A stretch of 61,828 nt of DNA, counting the filler, from Platydemus manokwari (lineage: Eukaryota), in assembly GCA_037951405.1 (NCBI GenBank). It is 5 parts of 5 records of this genome, joined end to end, with 100 filler letters (N's around TTAATTAATTAA, not from the genome) between each part and the next. Parts side by side here need not be neighbours in the genome. Positions count along the whole stretch, not along the records: positions 39,232 to 48,837 come from JBBMOY011226765.1; positions 48,938 to 61,828 come from JBBMOY011923606.1; 3 more parts are not named here. One strand, given 5' to 3'. The position numbers and the translations under genes are program-made. Positions within the stretch are counted from its first letter, which is position 1; each line of letters starts with the position of its first letter. The notes under the pieces were generated by a model that saw nothing but the letters and a program-made list of their open reading frames with translations, was not told where the DNA came from and did no database searches. Positions 41,851-55,200 of this stretch are shown here, piece by piece.

Positions 41851-43473
41851 TATAATGTATTAAAATAAATGTTTATTTTATAATAATCTTGTAACTTGTG
41901 CATCTAGAATTGCATTTGAATAATTTTCGTGTAGCTTAACTTCCAAATGTAGTTTAATAAAAATTCTTTTCTAAATCTAGTTCTTTTGGTGTGCCTTGTT
42001 AATATTAGAATTTTATGTATGGAATTCTATTTTAGAGCCATCTGATAGGCTATAGGCACTTGTGCTCATTAAGTTTGTGTGTTTTATTTATTGATTATAT
42101 TTTTAACTTGACTTAAAATGATCAGTTAAAAATTATGAACTTTTTAATCGAACAACAACAAAGAATCAAATTAATAATTTAATCTCATACAATACTTTAG
42201 CTCACTAGATTTCATAGTTGTGATTGAGAAACTCGATTTAACGAATTCCTCGAATTTCAATTTGATTTTAAACAATATAAATTTTAAAATATAGTTCCAA
42301 TGTTCAAATTCAAAATCACAATTTCAAGGCTCCCAAAATTGGTTTCTAAAAATTTTCTCGTGCTAGTAGATCGGTTCTTGGTAGAAATTGTAGAATTTTG
42401 ATTTTAGACTTTATGACCAAATTTTTATGTTAGGAAAATTCTAAATTTTCAAGCTTATTTATACTTTTTTTATGCAGAAATTTTTTTCTTAATTGAATAA
42501 ATTTATTACAAAAGATACATAAGATTTTAAATAATAAAGCAAACTTATCTTACAAAATTATTAATATTACCAAATGAATATTACTTATGAATATTACTTA
42601 CTTTTTCAAATTTTACCGTTTTAACGATTAAGATTAACCGTTAAGACTAAATTTGATAGTATTAACATGAAAATATGTAAATAGTTAAAAATAAATATTA
42701 AACTATTAAAAAGACTTGTATTTAATTGCAGGGTTTTATATTTGTTTAAATTTGTTGAATAAATTTAGTCAATTCAAACTGGATATAATAATAGTTAATA
42801 ATTTAAATACCTCGAATGATTTTATATTCTTCAATGTAAGAGTCTCTGAAGTAGTATCGAAGAAATTATTACCATTTCAATGAACGATATTATTTTGAAG
42901 CCTAGGTTTTTTTTAAATTTAAATTAAAATCCAATTATTTCTATTCTTCAGGAATAATTTGAATCACTTTAATATGTTCAAGAGGCATCTATTTCAAAAG
43001 AATCTCATTACTCTGGCTAGGAATATTTAATGATTAACTAAGATTATCTCAGGTGCTAGATGTTTTAAATATACCTATTAAATACTAAGTGTTTAACTTT
43101 GAGAATTTTTGATTCGCGTTGAAATGAATTTTAAATTATTGAACTTGAATTTGAACTTCCTTTTTAAATCGAATGCTTAAAAATTGTTTTGATTGTTTAT
43201 AAATTAACTTTAAGTATTCGGAATATTATATACTTTCTATAACAATCAACGACTGCGGTTCATTATGTTATTAATAAAATTTAAATATAAATTTATCACA
43301 ATTTTTGATTCTCAGGCAGTGCATTGAGAGAGAAAAGATTTTCACATTTGCTCTTAATTAGTTAGTGATTGAATCGCTTCTTTAATAATGAAGAAACGCT
43401 AAACTAAATAGCTCGTATAAGTGCACTTTGCTGTTTTCTCAAATATAATGGGTGGAATCTACTAATTTTATAA

Positions 43474-44016
43474 TTTATCTAGTTTATTTAATTAAATTCT
43501 ATAAAAACATTTCACAATTTTTTATTCAAGTGCTTAAGAGCAATTTTAGGTGTTTGAAATCAAATATTAAATATATTAGGGGTTCAAAATCTCCTAAAAT
43601 TTTTTTATTAGGAAAATTAATCAGTGAGTCAAATTGAAATTTATTGTAAATCAGTGAGTCTCCTTTCTAATATTAGAAGCAAATTGAGAGATATTCTCGA
43701 TTTTTACAATTATTTTTAAAAAATAACCAATGATATTATTAAACATATCTGGTATTGACTAACTCGATTTATAATTATAAAAATTTAATTTTAAAAACTC
43801 AGGTAATCATACAGAAGTGTTGTGATTAGAATGGGAACTTGGTTTTAAAACTAGGTTTTGTCACTATTAGACATTCTAAAAAATGAGATATTGACTGAAT
43901 TATACGAATAAATCAAGCATGGCAGTTATATATTAAATTAAGTTATAAATTATCTTGTGCACGAAAATTCATCATTACAAAAATAGGTCAAAGGACCGTT
44001 TTTCTTAATTTAAGCC
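43474..44016 (+). mobile_element. MITE family A copy with 3' TIR
   Basis: Colinear with 3808-4315. Ends TTTTTCTTAATTTAAGCC, an approximate reverse complement of the 5' GGCTAAAGTTAAGAAAAG. Confidence 0.85.
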
Positions 44017-44046
44017 CGATATTCTGATCCACTTAAGATGATATTT

Positions 44047-44228
44047 AGAATAGGAAATTGGTTTTAAAACTCGGTTTTGTTCCTATTAGACATACTGAAA
44101 AGTGAAATATTAACTGAATTATAAGAATAATACCAAACCTCATATATATATATATAATCAAGTTATAAAATTATCTCATTAATTATTATGAAAGTAGGTC
44201 AAACGACCCCTTTTTTTAACCCAAGCCT
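44047..44228 (+). mobile_element. MITE family A, tandem 3' partial copy
   Basis: Repeats GAAT(A/G)GGAA.TTGGTTTTAAAACT.GGTTTTGT...ACTGAATTATA.GAATA...AGGTCAAA.GACC and a degenerate TIR. Confidence 0.7.
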
Positions 44229-44818
44229 TAAATTTTATGTTTCAAGCCTAATGAACTTATCAATTATGATAATTTATACAGTAAATATAATTTAGATGCA
44301 CAGATTTTTTAAATAATTCTGAAAATATATTTAATTGTTTTAATTAATATTTATAAAATTAAATATTTTAATAATTTATTCATATAAATGCTGCTAAATA
44401 CAACGACATTCTTCAAATCAATTTAATTATCTCTTTCCAGATTTAACACTTATTAAATTAATTAAAAATAATGTTCTGAACTGCCGCACATAAAATTTAA
44501 TTGGCAGTTTTCTCGACGAAAGACGATAATTAAATTTTTAAATATATTTTTGATATTTTGTTTTAATTACAGCATTTTCAAAAAATAAAAATATATTTTT
44601 TTATTAATCGTGTATATTTGGATTATTTCAATTCGAATAACTGTGAACACCACGTTTAGCTACAATGGATTGAGATAAATAAAAATACATATAAATGTAA
44701 ATGAATATTATGTTTTTAAAATATTGTGCAAATAATGTGGGATATGTTGTAATAAAACGGAAATTCTATTCACGGTGAGTTCTCGTAAAATAATAAAACG
44801 GTTCTTTTTACTATTTGG

Positions 44819-45768
44819 TCACGGTGAGTAATATTTTCCACCGGCGTGATTGAATAACGAACATTCATTTCTTTCTTCAACGGTAAATGATATACAATTA
44901 AATATTTCTCCGCATATCTTTGCACATTCAATTGTCGAACGAACGATCATCATGTGAATGTGCTTTATATTTCCGTACAAACCCAACAATCCGTAAAAGT
45001 TATCTAAATTTCTATAAAATATTTCACTGATAATTTCCATACATACAAGTTAATGGATTTCTTTTTACAAACTGGGGGCCATAAACCTCGACTTCGCAGA
45101 TGTTAATTGCATCTTCTTGATATCGTTTTGAAATAACAATTAATCTCGTCACCTAAATGGGAATTAATATTTAGAAGTTCACAATTAAATATAACAAGTT
45201 TGGTGAAATTAATATCGATTTTAATTTCTTTCGCAGTTGGTGGACCTTTGTAAAAATGGGCATTGTAAAATGATGAGGAATCGTTTTTAAAGATTGTTTG
45301 CTTGTCATAGTTGCCATAAAATGTTAGATTTGATGCCCTTTCCGCTAGAAAATCGATAAAAATTTAGAATACGAGTAAATATTCTAACTGCAACAATCGG
45401 TCCTGACATATATTCGAATCATGGTTACAACCGATAGAGAATTCAGAACGATCATCCACCATTTTTCGGTATTAGTTTCGAAGCTGTGATAACACGATCC
45501 TTTCATGAAGTAGAAAATATAAAACATTTTCAATATAACATTTTAACCTGCGAACATGTTTCCATTTCGATTTTTGTCAATTGCTTTCTCGGGAGTCATT
45601 GTTTTGCCCACATTATAGTTAATATTAACATTAGCTGCAAATACCGTTGCACCTTTGGTAATATCTGATGATATAAAATTATTATTTTAAGAATCAATTC
45701 TTAGAAAAAATGATACCATTTTCGGACAATGTTTGACCGATGAGAACAGCAGTAAAAGCTAGGATCAT
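44819..45768 (-). CDS. Secreted F-type lectin (fucolectin/FTP domain) with a C-terminal PAN/apple-like domain, 239 aa, six exons: 45768-45717, 45664-45548, 45499-45389, 45344-45196, 45152-45047, 45003-44819
   Basis: Five GT-AG introns (52, 48, 44, 43, 43 nt) splice into an uninterrupted 720-nt CDS. It has a hydrophobic N-terminus (MILAFTAVLIGQTLS), PEKAIDKN, GSCYHS, KWWMI, RTDCCTER and ICEVEVYG, then STIECAKIC....CISF......CSL. Confidence 0.92.
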
Positions 45769-47316
45769 TTTTACAATATCGATAAAAATAAACGATTAAT
45801 AATTCTTGCAACTAAATATTGATAAAAAAAGTCTTACTTCAACGAATGAAATCCTTACCAACTTTTAATATTATAAATTTATACAGCAGTAATTTAATCT
45901 ATCTGAAACACCCAGCTTAACTGACATCTTTATCAAAAAATCACATTTAAAATATTATTTGAAGTTTATTTATCTGTTTAAGGATCTTTTGGGTAATTTG
46001 CGTGACAAATATTGTCTATGTTCAATGAAATTGTCCATTAAGCTGTGTTTTTGTGGTTCGACTTAATAACAATAAAATTGATAAGTCAAACATAAATGGG
46101 TTTTTGATTTAAAATTTTTGTGAAATTTTTTGTTTCCTGAAGAAATAGTTAAGATATGTAATTAGAGTTGAATGTCAGTTAAGACTTACCAATAAGGTGG
46201 TTGAATACTAAATATCCCACCTACATTAATTTGGCAAATTTAAATGTATAGTATCAGTAATTTTTGTTTGTAATTCGCATTTCTACTGCATTTTAAAATG
46301 ATTTTTATATGTTTGATTGATGGTGGGTGAAATATTATTATATTGATTTAATTAATTGGACGTCTTGATTATTAGTTAAGAAATGCCTTTGACGGAATTA
46401 AAATATTTTTATATTCCTTGATCAGGATGTAAAACCTGAAACAACGGAGGATTATTTTCTGAAAGAATTGTGAGATATTGAATTTGAGATATATAATTAT
46501 AATAATGAAATCGATTAATTAAAATTAATTAATAAAAGTTAATAAAAATTAATTTTCGATATTAACTCTTGTTTCAGTCACCGATTTATAGTGACATAAA
46601 ATACAAAAATAAATAATCAATGCTTAAAATATTATTTATAAGTGATTACTATCTCCATTTAACTTTCTCACAATATAATTTATTTAAAAATCTTGGAATT
46701 TCTTTGTGATTATCTCTGTATCGAATTATCTTTATAATTTTTTTTAAATTTTTCTTTCTTTATATATACTATATCTTCTCTTTCCCTAGCCCATATAACT
46801 TCAAATGCTTGGTCGCTATAGTAGTAGTTAAAATTTTATTTTCAAATCCTCATCTACCACATTATTTTCATTGGATAATAATTTCATACACCATTTTGAA
46901 TGACGAAAATTATACATTCTGGAAAATAAAATTGTGTATCTACTTTCATTTTATTTATAATACTTTTGTTGGACCTTTCTAAATATCACCCTCCACGTTA
47001 GATTTATTTATAATTTTTCAAAATCACTTCAGCAGATCATAGAAAATATACACAGATCAGACTTTAAATATGTTCAATACACTTCTGGAAATATGGTATT
47101 ACAAACCGATGTAATAATTTTTAGTGTAAAATTTTAAGTGTGAAAATATTTTGTTTCAAGAATTTCAATTGATTTGTAAAATAAAATTTCCATCATTTAT
47201 ATTTGGAAAGTAATTTAAAAAGGTCGAATGAAAATTTATTTTATTTGTTTTGTTTATATCGATCAACTAACAAATAAACATTTGTGATTCAAATTGAAAT
47301 TCAATAGAGTTCTAAA

Positions 47317-48727
47317 ATGCTAAATAAATTCTATTATCACCTAACAGGCTTTACGCTGTGCTTTAATACTTTTCATGCAGCCTTGACTGGTCAAAGCTTA
47401 ACAGTTATTCTTCCGAAATATATCGGTAATCAATTTAATAGTAACATTGTAAACCATTCAATAAAATGCCACAACCAATCAACTGACTGTATTTCTTCAA
47501 CGTCTTATTATGTACTTGTAAGTTCCAATTTTCTTATCAGATTTGCAACAATGCTTATTCTGAACCCGATTGTTGGAATTATTACTGAAAAAGTTGATAT
47601 TTATTTGATGATATTATTGGAAAATATTTTTGGAGTTATTACTTGTGTCACATTTGCTTTCAGTAATTCAATATGGAAGAATATCAGAAGGATTCATGGT
47701 AAGCATAATTGTAATATCAGTCACTGCAATCTTTTCCAAATTATATACCGATAATAAAGTCAGAGATAAATATTTGGGATTATTTAAATCAATGATGTTT
47801 CTTGGCCAATCATTAGGTCCAATTTATGGAGCAATAATTGATGAGAAACTGGGAAAATCTGCTGTGTTTTTAATTTTAATACCATTTTTTGTGATTTTTT
47901 CTGTGCTGCTGATTATTATTTACAGGAAATCACAGGAAAACAATAAGGAAATAGCAAAATTTGTTAAAAGGAAATCTTCTGAACCTATAAACCCACAATT
48001 GATCAAATCAAGTCCTGAGAGTAATTGTGGGATAGTTGACGTGGAAGATGAGATTAAATCAGGTTTAAAATATGATGAAAAAGAGGAACAATTCGAAGGA
48101 ATAAAGAAAAATAAAACAATAAAAGACCTATTTAAATCGTTGGTTGTATTATTAAAAGATCCATTTGTGATGAGTTGCGTTTTTCAGATGATTACAGCTA
48201 ATATGAATACATTTTCTCTACAATCGACATTACCATCTTGGATGAGTTTTCATTTTAATTCCACTAAATCCCAGCAAGGTCTCGTGTGGACGTTTGTGTC
48301 ATTAGGTTATATATCTGGTGTGATTTTAATAATTTTATCCAACAAAATCACTTATTTGAAATATTGTGCTCTTATGATTGCCAATATTATTTTTGGAAGT
48401 CTTCTGATAAATTTACCATTCAGCGGAGATTGGAAAATGATATTCTTACCAATGATGGCAATGTTTGTTAATCAAGGAATTATGTCTCAAGTGATAACTC
48501 CATTATCAATGAATATAGTAAAATCCCGTCATCTGTCAAAATTCGGACTCATGTTAGCTTTATTACAACAAGCGGCAACATTGAGTGGCATAATAGGATC
48601 ACTGACAAGTGGTCTAATTGCTCAGAATGTAGAATTTAAATGGTTTTGCATATTTTTAGGAGTGATTAATATATTGATATCAGCTCTTTCTCTAGTTTAT
48701 CTTAAACTAAATCTCGATACTAAATGA
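47317..48727 (+). CDS. Intronless SLC18-family (VAChT/VMAT-like) MFS transporter, frameshifted near 47675 (pseudogene or assembly error)
   Basis: Two overlapping ORFs together give ~12 TM. Motifs NPIVG, FAFS, Y.D...R.K.LG, GP.YG....K.GK, LLKDP, TLP.WM and V..RH..(Y/F)G align with SLC18. Confidence 0.8.
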
Positions 48728-48755
48728 CTAAATACCTAGATTAATTTGAGAATTG

Positions 48756-48837
48756 TATTTGGTCTATAACTTAAAAACCGGAATTTTTTTAGAACAATTG
48801 AGTGTTTATTAAAGAAAATCTTGTACAATTCTGTTAT
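48756..48837 (-). mobile_element. Mariner-like element end (TIR preceded by TA), cut by the contig end
   Basis: TA-TTTGGTCTATAACTTAAAAACCGGAATTT matches 61755-61785 at 29 of 31 positions. Confidence 0.55.
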
Positions 48838-48937
48838 NNNNNNNNNNNNNNNNNNNNNNNNNNNNNNNNNNNNNNNNNNNNTTAATTAATTAANNNNNNN
48901 NNNNNNNNNNNNNNNNNNNNNNNNNNNNNNNNNNNNN
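48838..48937. other. Artificial assembly spacer
   Basis: 44 N + TTAATTAATTAA + 44 N. Confidence 0.98.
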
Positions 48938-49254
48938 ATCGAATGATCAAGCCAAAATTGATACATTAAAAATTAAAGGTAAAAAGATTGTTACAATATA
49001 CATAAAATGCTTGTATAGTCAAGCCATTAATGTTTTGATCAGTCAGATGAAACAATTTTAGTCACGATTGGATCATGAAATTGTTATAATTTATTGAGAC
49101 TGACTTAGCTGTTGTTCTGCCGAATCCCCATAAATTTAAGAATTCGGATGTCATTCCAAATTAGTCGATTTTTTTAATGAAGTTTGATATTGAAAAATAA
49201 CCGTTGATAACTACTAATAATATTTCATTAAATTAAATTTTCATTCTCAAATAG

Positions 49255-52200
49255 CAAAAATCTAAACACAATCAAATCTCTGAGAGTCATTCGAGTGCTG
49301 CGACCCCTAAAAACTATAAATCGTGTTCCAAAGTTAAAGGTGAGTTACTTCCTGCTTTAGATTCTTAAACGTTTTTGTTTAGGCTGTTTTCCAGACGATT
49401 ATCAGTTCAATCAAAAATGTTTTCAATATTTTAATAGTTTTCTTTCTGTTTCAATTCATTTTTGGTGTGATAGCTGTCCAATTGTTCAGCGGAAGGTTTT
49501 TCCATTGTTCTGATGTGTCGAAAAGATTCAGAGATACTTGCAGGTGATGTAGGACGCATATATATAATTTATTGAAACACATTATTTACAGGGGTTATTT
49601 CTTCACATTTAACGATCAAATGGGAGTCCAGGTGAAAAAGCGATTATGGTTGAAAAATCATTTTCATTATGATAATATTGTCAATTCAATGATAACGTTA
49701 TTCACTGTTACCACCGGTGAGGGATGGCCTGAGTAATATTTTTCATTTTCTTATATCATTTTTGTTTATCTTATAATTTGAAGTGTTTTGAAAAGTTCCA
49801 TTGATGCCACTTATTTAAATGAGGGTCCCATTGATAATTTCCAACAAGAGATATCCATATTTTACATCGTATTCTTTATTGTATTTCCATTTTTCTTTGT
49901 AAACATATTCGTTGCTCTGATTATTGTAACATTCCAAGAACAGGGAGAAAGTGACCAAGCAGACTTAGATTTGGATAAAAATCAGGTTGATGATAAAATC
50001 GTCATGATTAATGAATGAAATTTATTCTAGATCAAATGTATTGATTTTGCAATCAACACAGATCCAACATCAAGATATATGCCAGAAGATAAAACGTCGA
50101 TTTATTATAAAGCTTGGGTGATTGTGGTTTCATCACCTTTCGAGTATCTTATAATGATCCTCATAGCTCTCAGTTGTGTCACTTTAATTATCAAAGTAAG
50201 AATCGAATACCATTAATTATATAATAGCTTGGAAGTAGTTTGGGATTTTAAAATTTGGTGTAAATCAATCTCAACAACAACCATGATGTTTATTAGATTT
50301 TCATAATAAAATAAACAAATAAAAAATAGCCATTTTTAATCATGTTTTGATATTAAATATGATTTCTAAGTGAATATCCTAGTCCATGTCACAAAGGTTT
50401 CATTGTATTGAACATTAAAAGCTATTCATTGATTGCCTATTTCATATAATAAAATAATAAAGTTTTCCATCAATGAATTGAGCCAGATTTAACATACATA
50501 TTAATGATAATTTTATTTTACGCTTCGGTAATATCTATTTACTTTTAATTAGTGAGTTCGAATTGATTTTGTGCAGCCAAATAGTGTTTCTTTCAAAATA
50601 ATTTGTTTATTTACATATTTCATTAACCATTTCTAAATAAATGTCTAACTAGCTGTAATTGTTTTATTAAATTATTAATATCCACTCCAAAAATTGTGAA
50701 AACCAAAAATCGAACTAAAATTAACAGATTTCAAAATATCATGAAACAAATAATTTATGGAAAGAACTACAATAGTAAAGAGTAGATTATGTATATCAAC
50801 TCAATATTTTCATAACGTTAATAATCAATGTGAAAGTCTATTGTTGTCAATAATTTGAACTGTTGATAAAATTGACTTAAAGTGAGACTCCACCTGCAAT
50901 TACTTCGTTTGGTAATCCCTTTACTGGACAGATGGCACGTGCAGTACGACCTAGTGCAACTACGAAAGTCGGTGGCAGCTTCGCTGCTCTCCAAACAATT
51001 TTATAATATTTTACAACACATAATATTTCGTACTTTCCTAGAGCCACATAAAGAACCCAGAAATCAATTTCAACAATACTGAAATAATGAAGACTAATGC
51101 CTGGCGAAATGATTTCTGTTCCAGCTTTAGATTCTTAAATATGGCGTTTACAACTATATTTACGATTGAATGCTCTTTAAAGTTGATAGCGTACCAGTTC
51201 AAGGTTAAGCCTTGTTAAGCCATTTACACGAGATTGTCTTATATATTTTTCAGTATTTCTTTAAAGATCTTTGGAATATATTCGACTTTATCATGGTTTT
51301 GGGGAGCATCACTGATATCCTGTTAACTGAAATCAAGTCAGAGGTGATAGTTATTTATTTATGCCTTTATTATTTTCATTATTATTGTTGTTATTTTATT
51401 TAATGTTACATTTGTCTCGAGCACCCAACATACTTTTTTCATATATTGATTTATAAGTTTTTAATTTCAACTTTATTCGTGATCAATAAATATTTCGATC
51501 ATTTCTGCTTTAATAAAAGGAATATCTGAACTTCAATCGATTAGAATCATTTATTTTGATTTTCTAATTGTCGAGTAAAGATGAAATCTGACAAACGAAA
51601 AACCACTTTGAACATTGGAACCCTTATTTTAGCACTTCAAGCATTGCTTGCCAACACTGCCATGCAGGCATAGCAACCAACCAATTAGAGAGGATTTAAA
51701 TGGAAGATCCCACACATAGGGATTGACCCGATTATACAAAATCAATAAATGCAATTGGAACTTGAGAAATAAAATTTCAAATCAAAACGTGGTAGACAAA
51801 TTACACTCAAATCTCAAATCTAGATATTAATGTCAAGATGGCCAACTGGCAGTTGGAAACCAACTATTATGCCCTGATTTTGTATTGATTGATGAAACAT
51901 TTTGACGAATTTGAGTTACTTATGTACGCAATGATTAGTTTGATTCAGTGAAGTAAAACATGTAACCTTCAATTCTTTAAGTCACAACATAATATTTATC
52001 TTGAAATTAGTTGGATAAAATAATTTATTATAAAAGAATTTTATATTGTTTAGAAAATTAATTATGTCATAATTATATTAAAATAATAATTAAGTCAGAC
52101 ATAAAGATAAAAATAGAAAATTAATTATGTCATAATTATATTAAAATAATAATTAAGTCAGACATAAAGATAAAAATAGAAAATTAAATGCGAAATCAAC

Positions 52201-55200
52201 AAAAACTATAAACCAAGAAAATCAAAATTAAAACCAGTTTTTAAAGAGATTTTTATAAATTTATTAGGGTAGATTTGCCATTTATATCGAGTGTTGTCGC
52301 AATACTTAACTTTATTAAAATTGAACTCGTTGTGCTCATTTTTTGCCTTTTATTTTACTAATTTTCTAATAATTTGCTCGGTACCTTTAAATAGTTTATC
52401 ATTATTCTCCTTTTCTAAATTCTGTTTAACGATTAATTTATTTTTAACTATTTTTTATTTGAGAGTTCATAGATAACAATTATATTGGCTTAGAAAAGAT
52501 AATCGATAACAGATAAAAATTTTGATTTTTTTCAACAAATCCATAAAATATCTGAATATTTTGGGATTCCACTTTCAAACAAAAGTCAAAATTCACCAAG
52601 AATACTAAATACATAATAATGTCAAGATCCAGTAACTGTTTTGTAGTATTTTATCAATTACTCTCCACCTTATTTAAGTAAAAGCAGACAATGTCGTATT
52701 CGTCAAGATTCAAGAATTTTAGAAATTTCTGAGATTGATTTGAAGTTAATTTTGATAACATTTAAAAGATTATCGAGTCATTATAAAATGAAATGATATT
52801 TTATTAATTTTTTAAATTCTTTTTTCTTATCCTTTTAGATATATCATTGATCAAGCAAGCAGAATATATTTTTACTTTCTTCCAATGTTGAAAGAAGGTT
52901 TCTTCCTAATTTTTATTAATTTTTTAAAGGAAAAATAATCGAATAATTATTTTTGGGGAGATTTTAAAGCTTCGGTTTATTAAATTTTGATTTTAAATTA
53001 CTAAAATTCATTTAAATTGCTTAAATTGCTTCAACCAACAATACAATCAGTTAAGATGTATATAGTTTTACGAAATACATTCAACAAATTAGAAATTTTA
53101 ATCCAGTACTTCTCTCCTTAACTTTAGTCGCAATCACTGATGTGTGCTCAATAATCAAGCAAGTTATTATTAATGTTGATTTAGTTTTTCCGATTATTTC
53201 TTTATCTGTCTTTCTTTTTATAGTCAAAATTATATCAGCAACTTTTTCGATCGGCTGAGTTATTATTGATTTAAAAGATTGACAACGCAAGGTCTAGCAT
53301 TTTGTGGTATAAAATCAATTTGTTCAAGTAAAATTACCAAAACACTCAGTCTCAATAATATTTCTAAATATTCAAAAAATCACTTATCATCCACTCAGAA
53401 AAATATCAGTTAATCTATTTAGCAAGAATATCTAAGATAACGACGATTTAATATAAAAGTTTATTTATTTATTAGTATATGCAAATCACCCTAATTCGGC
53501 ACTAAAATATTCTGAGGCTACTAAAAATCCCGGCTCGATTAATAAATCCGACTGTTTCTCTTACTTTCAATAAAGATGTCACAAGTTCACAAAACAATTT
53601 CTCGATCTAAACGATTCTGGAATGCACCTTGTCAAAAGGTCAATTACAATGATATTGCCTTAGGTTGAATTAATTAACAGACTCGAGCACCATTATTTTT
53701 CAACCCTTAAATTACGATTTCAAACAAATTACGTCACACATTTCAAATCATTTTAAACACTCACAACGGGAAGATTAACCTGTGCATTCCTCAAAACCTT
53801 GGTTATAGATATATAGTTATAAATTTAGATTTATTGATTTCGATCATAAAATTTCCCAGTCTATTCAGAAAAATATGTAATTTAATAATAAAAGGTTAAC
53901 AATTATTGATGTTTCACAATGGGTTAGCTGATTAAGTAGATTTGCAATGACTTTCCTTCAATAAAAATATATATATACAGTTCTATGATAGGATATTTAT
54001 AAGTGCATTTATAAGTCTTTTCAAATCTCATATCATTTATACATGAAAATCTTTTACAAGGCTATCAAATTTAAAAATATTAAAACAAAATAATACTAGA
54101 CGATTTGTTTAGTGAAGATCAATTATTTCATCTTTGGATTTTTGGATCGATCGATATACATGATTTGGATGAATCTACTCAGTTGCTCGAATCTTTCATC
54201 TTCCATTATCTAATTTTTAATTTTCGATGTAAAAAATCGGGATCCTTTTCCTGAGTGTCTGTATGCGTCACCACTGAAGGATGTAAGCATCACATTCAAT
54301 ATATTAGACAAAATCCAACATATGATATCTTTAACTATCATATAGGGTGTCATTTTAAGAGCTTACTAATAAAATACAATATATAAGATGCTGGTTAATT
54401 TTATTTATCCTTTAATTTAAACACTCTGTTTTAATTCCCTGCTATTTCTTTCAGTGCTTTATATAATTAATTTTGTTCTTCGCTACGTAATTCACTAATT
54501 TGAAAATTTTCTGGATGTCTTATTTCCTAACTTGTTGGTTTATCATAAATAAAAGTTATATTTGAAAGTATCTTGTGATAATCAAAGTTCATTATAAAGT
54601 GTCCACCAATATATATTTAATATCGATTGTCCTTTAAATTTTTAGGATTTCAACGCGGATTTTCCAAATGTTGGATTTCTTCGACTTTTCAGAGTGATGA
54701 GACTCATTAAGCTTTTAATGAGAGGCTACAGCATACGAATTCTTCTGTGGACTTTTTTTCAGTCGTTCAAAGCACTACCTTGGGTGTGCTTGTTAATCGG
54801 GCTGCTCTTCTTCATTTATTGCATCATAGGCATGCAAGTAAATAAATAATTATTTTATTTTATTCTAATTATACCAAAATCAAAAATCTTGATTTTTTCG
54901 ACAAATCAACCAAATCTCTATTCTATAAATATAAAAATATATTTTTTTAAAACTATTATTTAATAATTAATATTTGTTATTTATAATTATTTTAAAAATA
55001 TCGAATTTTTATGTGAAACTTGATTTATGAAAACGTTTGATCTTCCTTGAAATCGAAGCTCTTTTGAATCACATATTATATGAATAATAAAATAAAAATA
55101 TCAATTTGGCTGGCATTTTAAAATGAACGAGCATGTTCAGTTAATAAATCTACCTACATCAATAAATTTCGATGTTCTTACTTATTATATGTGATTGCTG

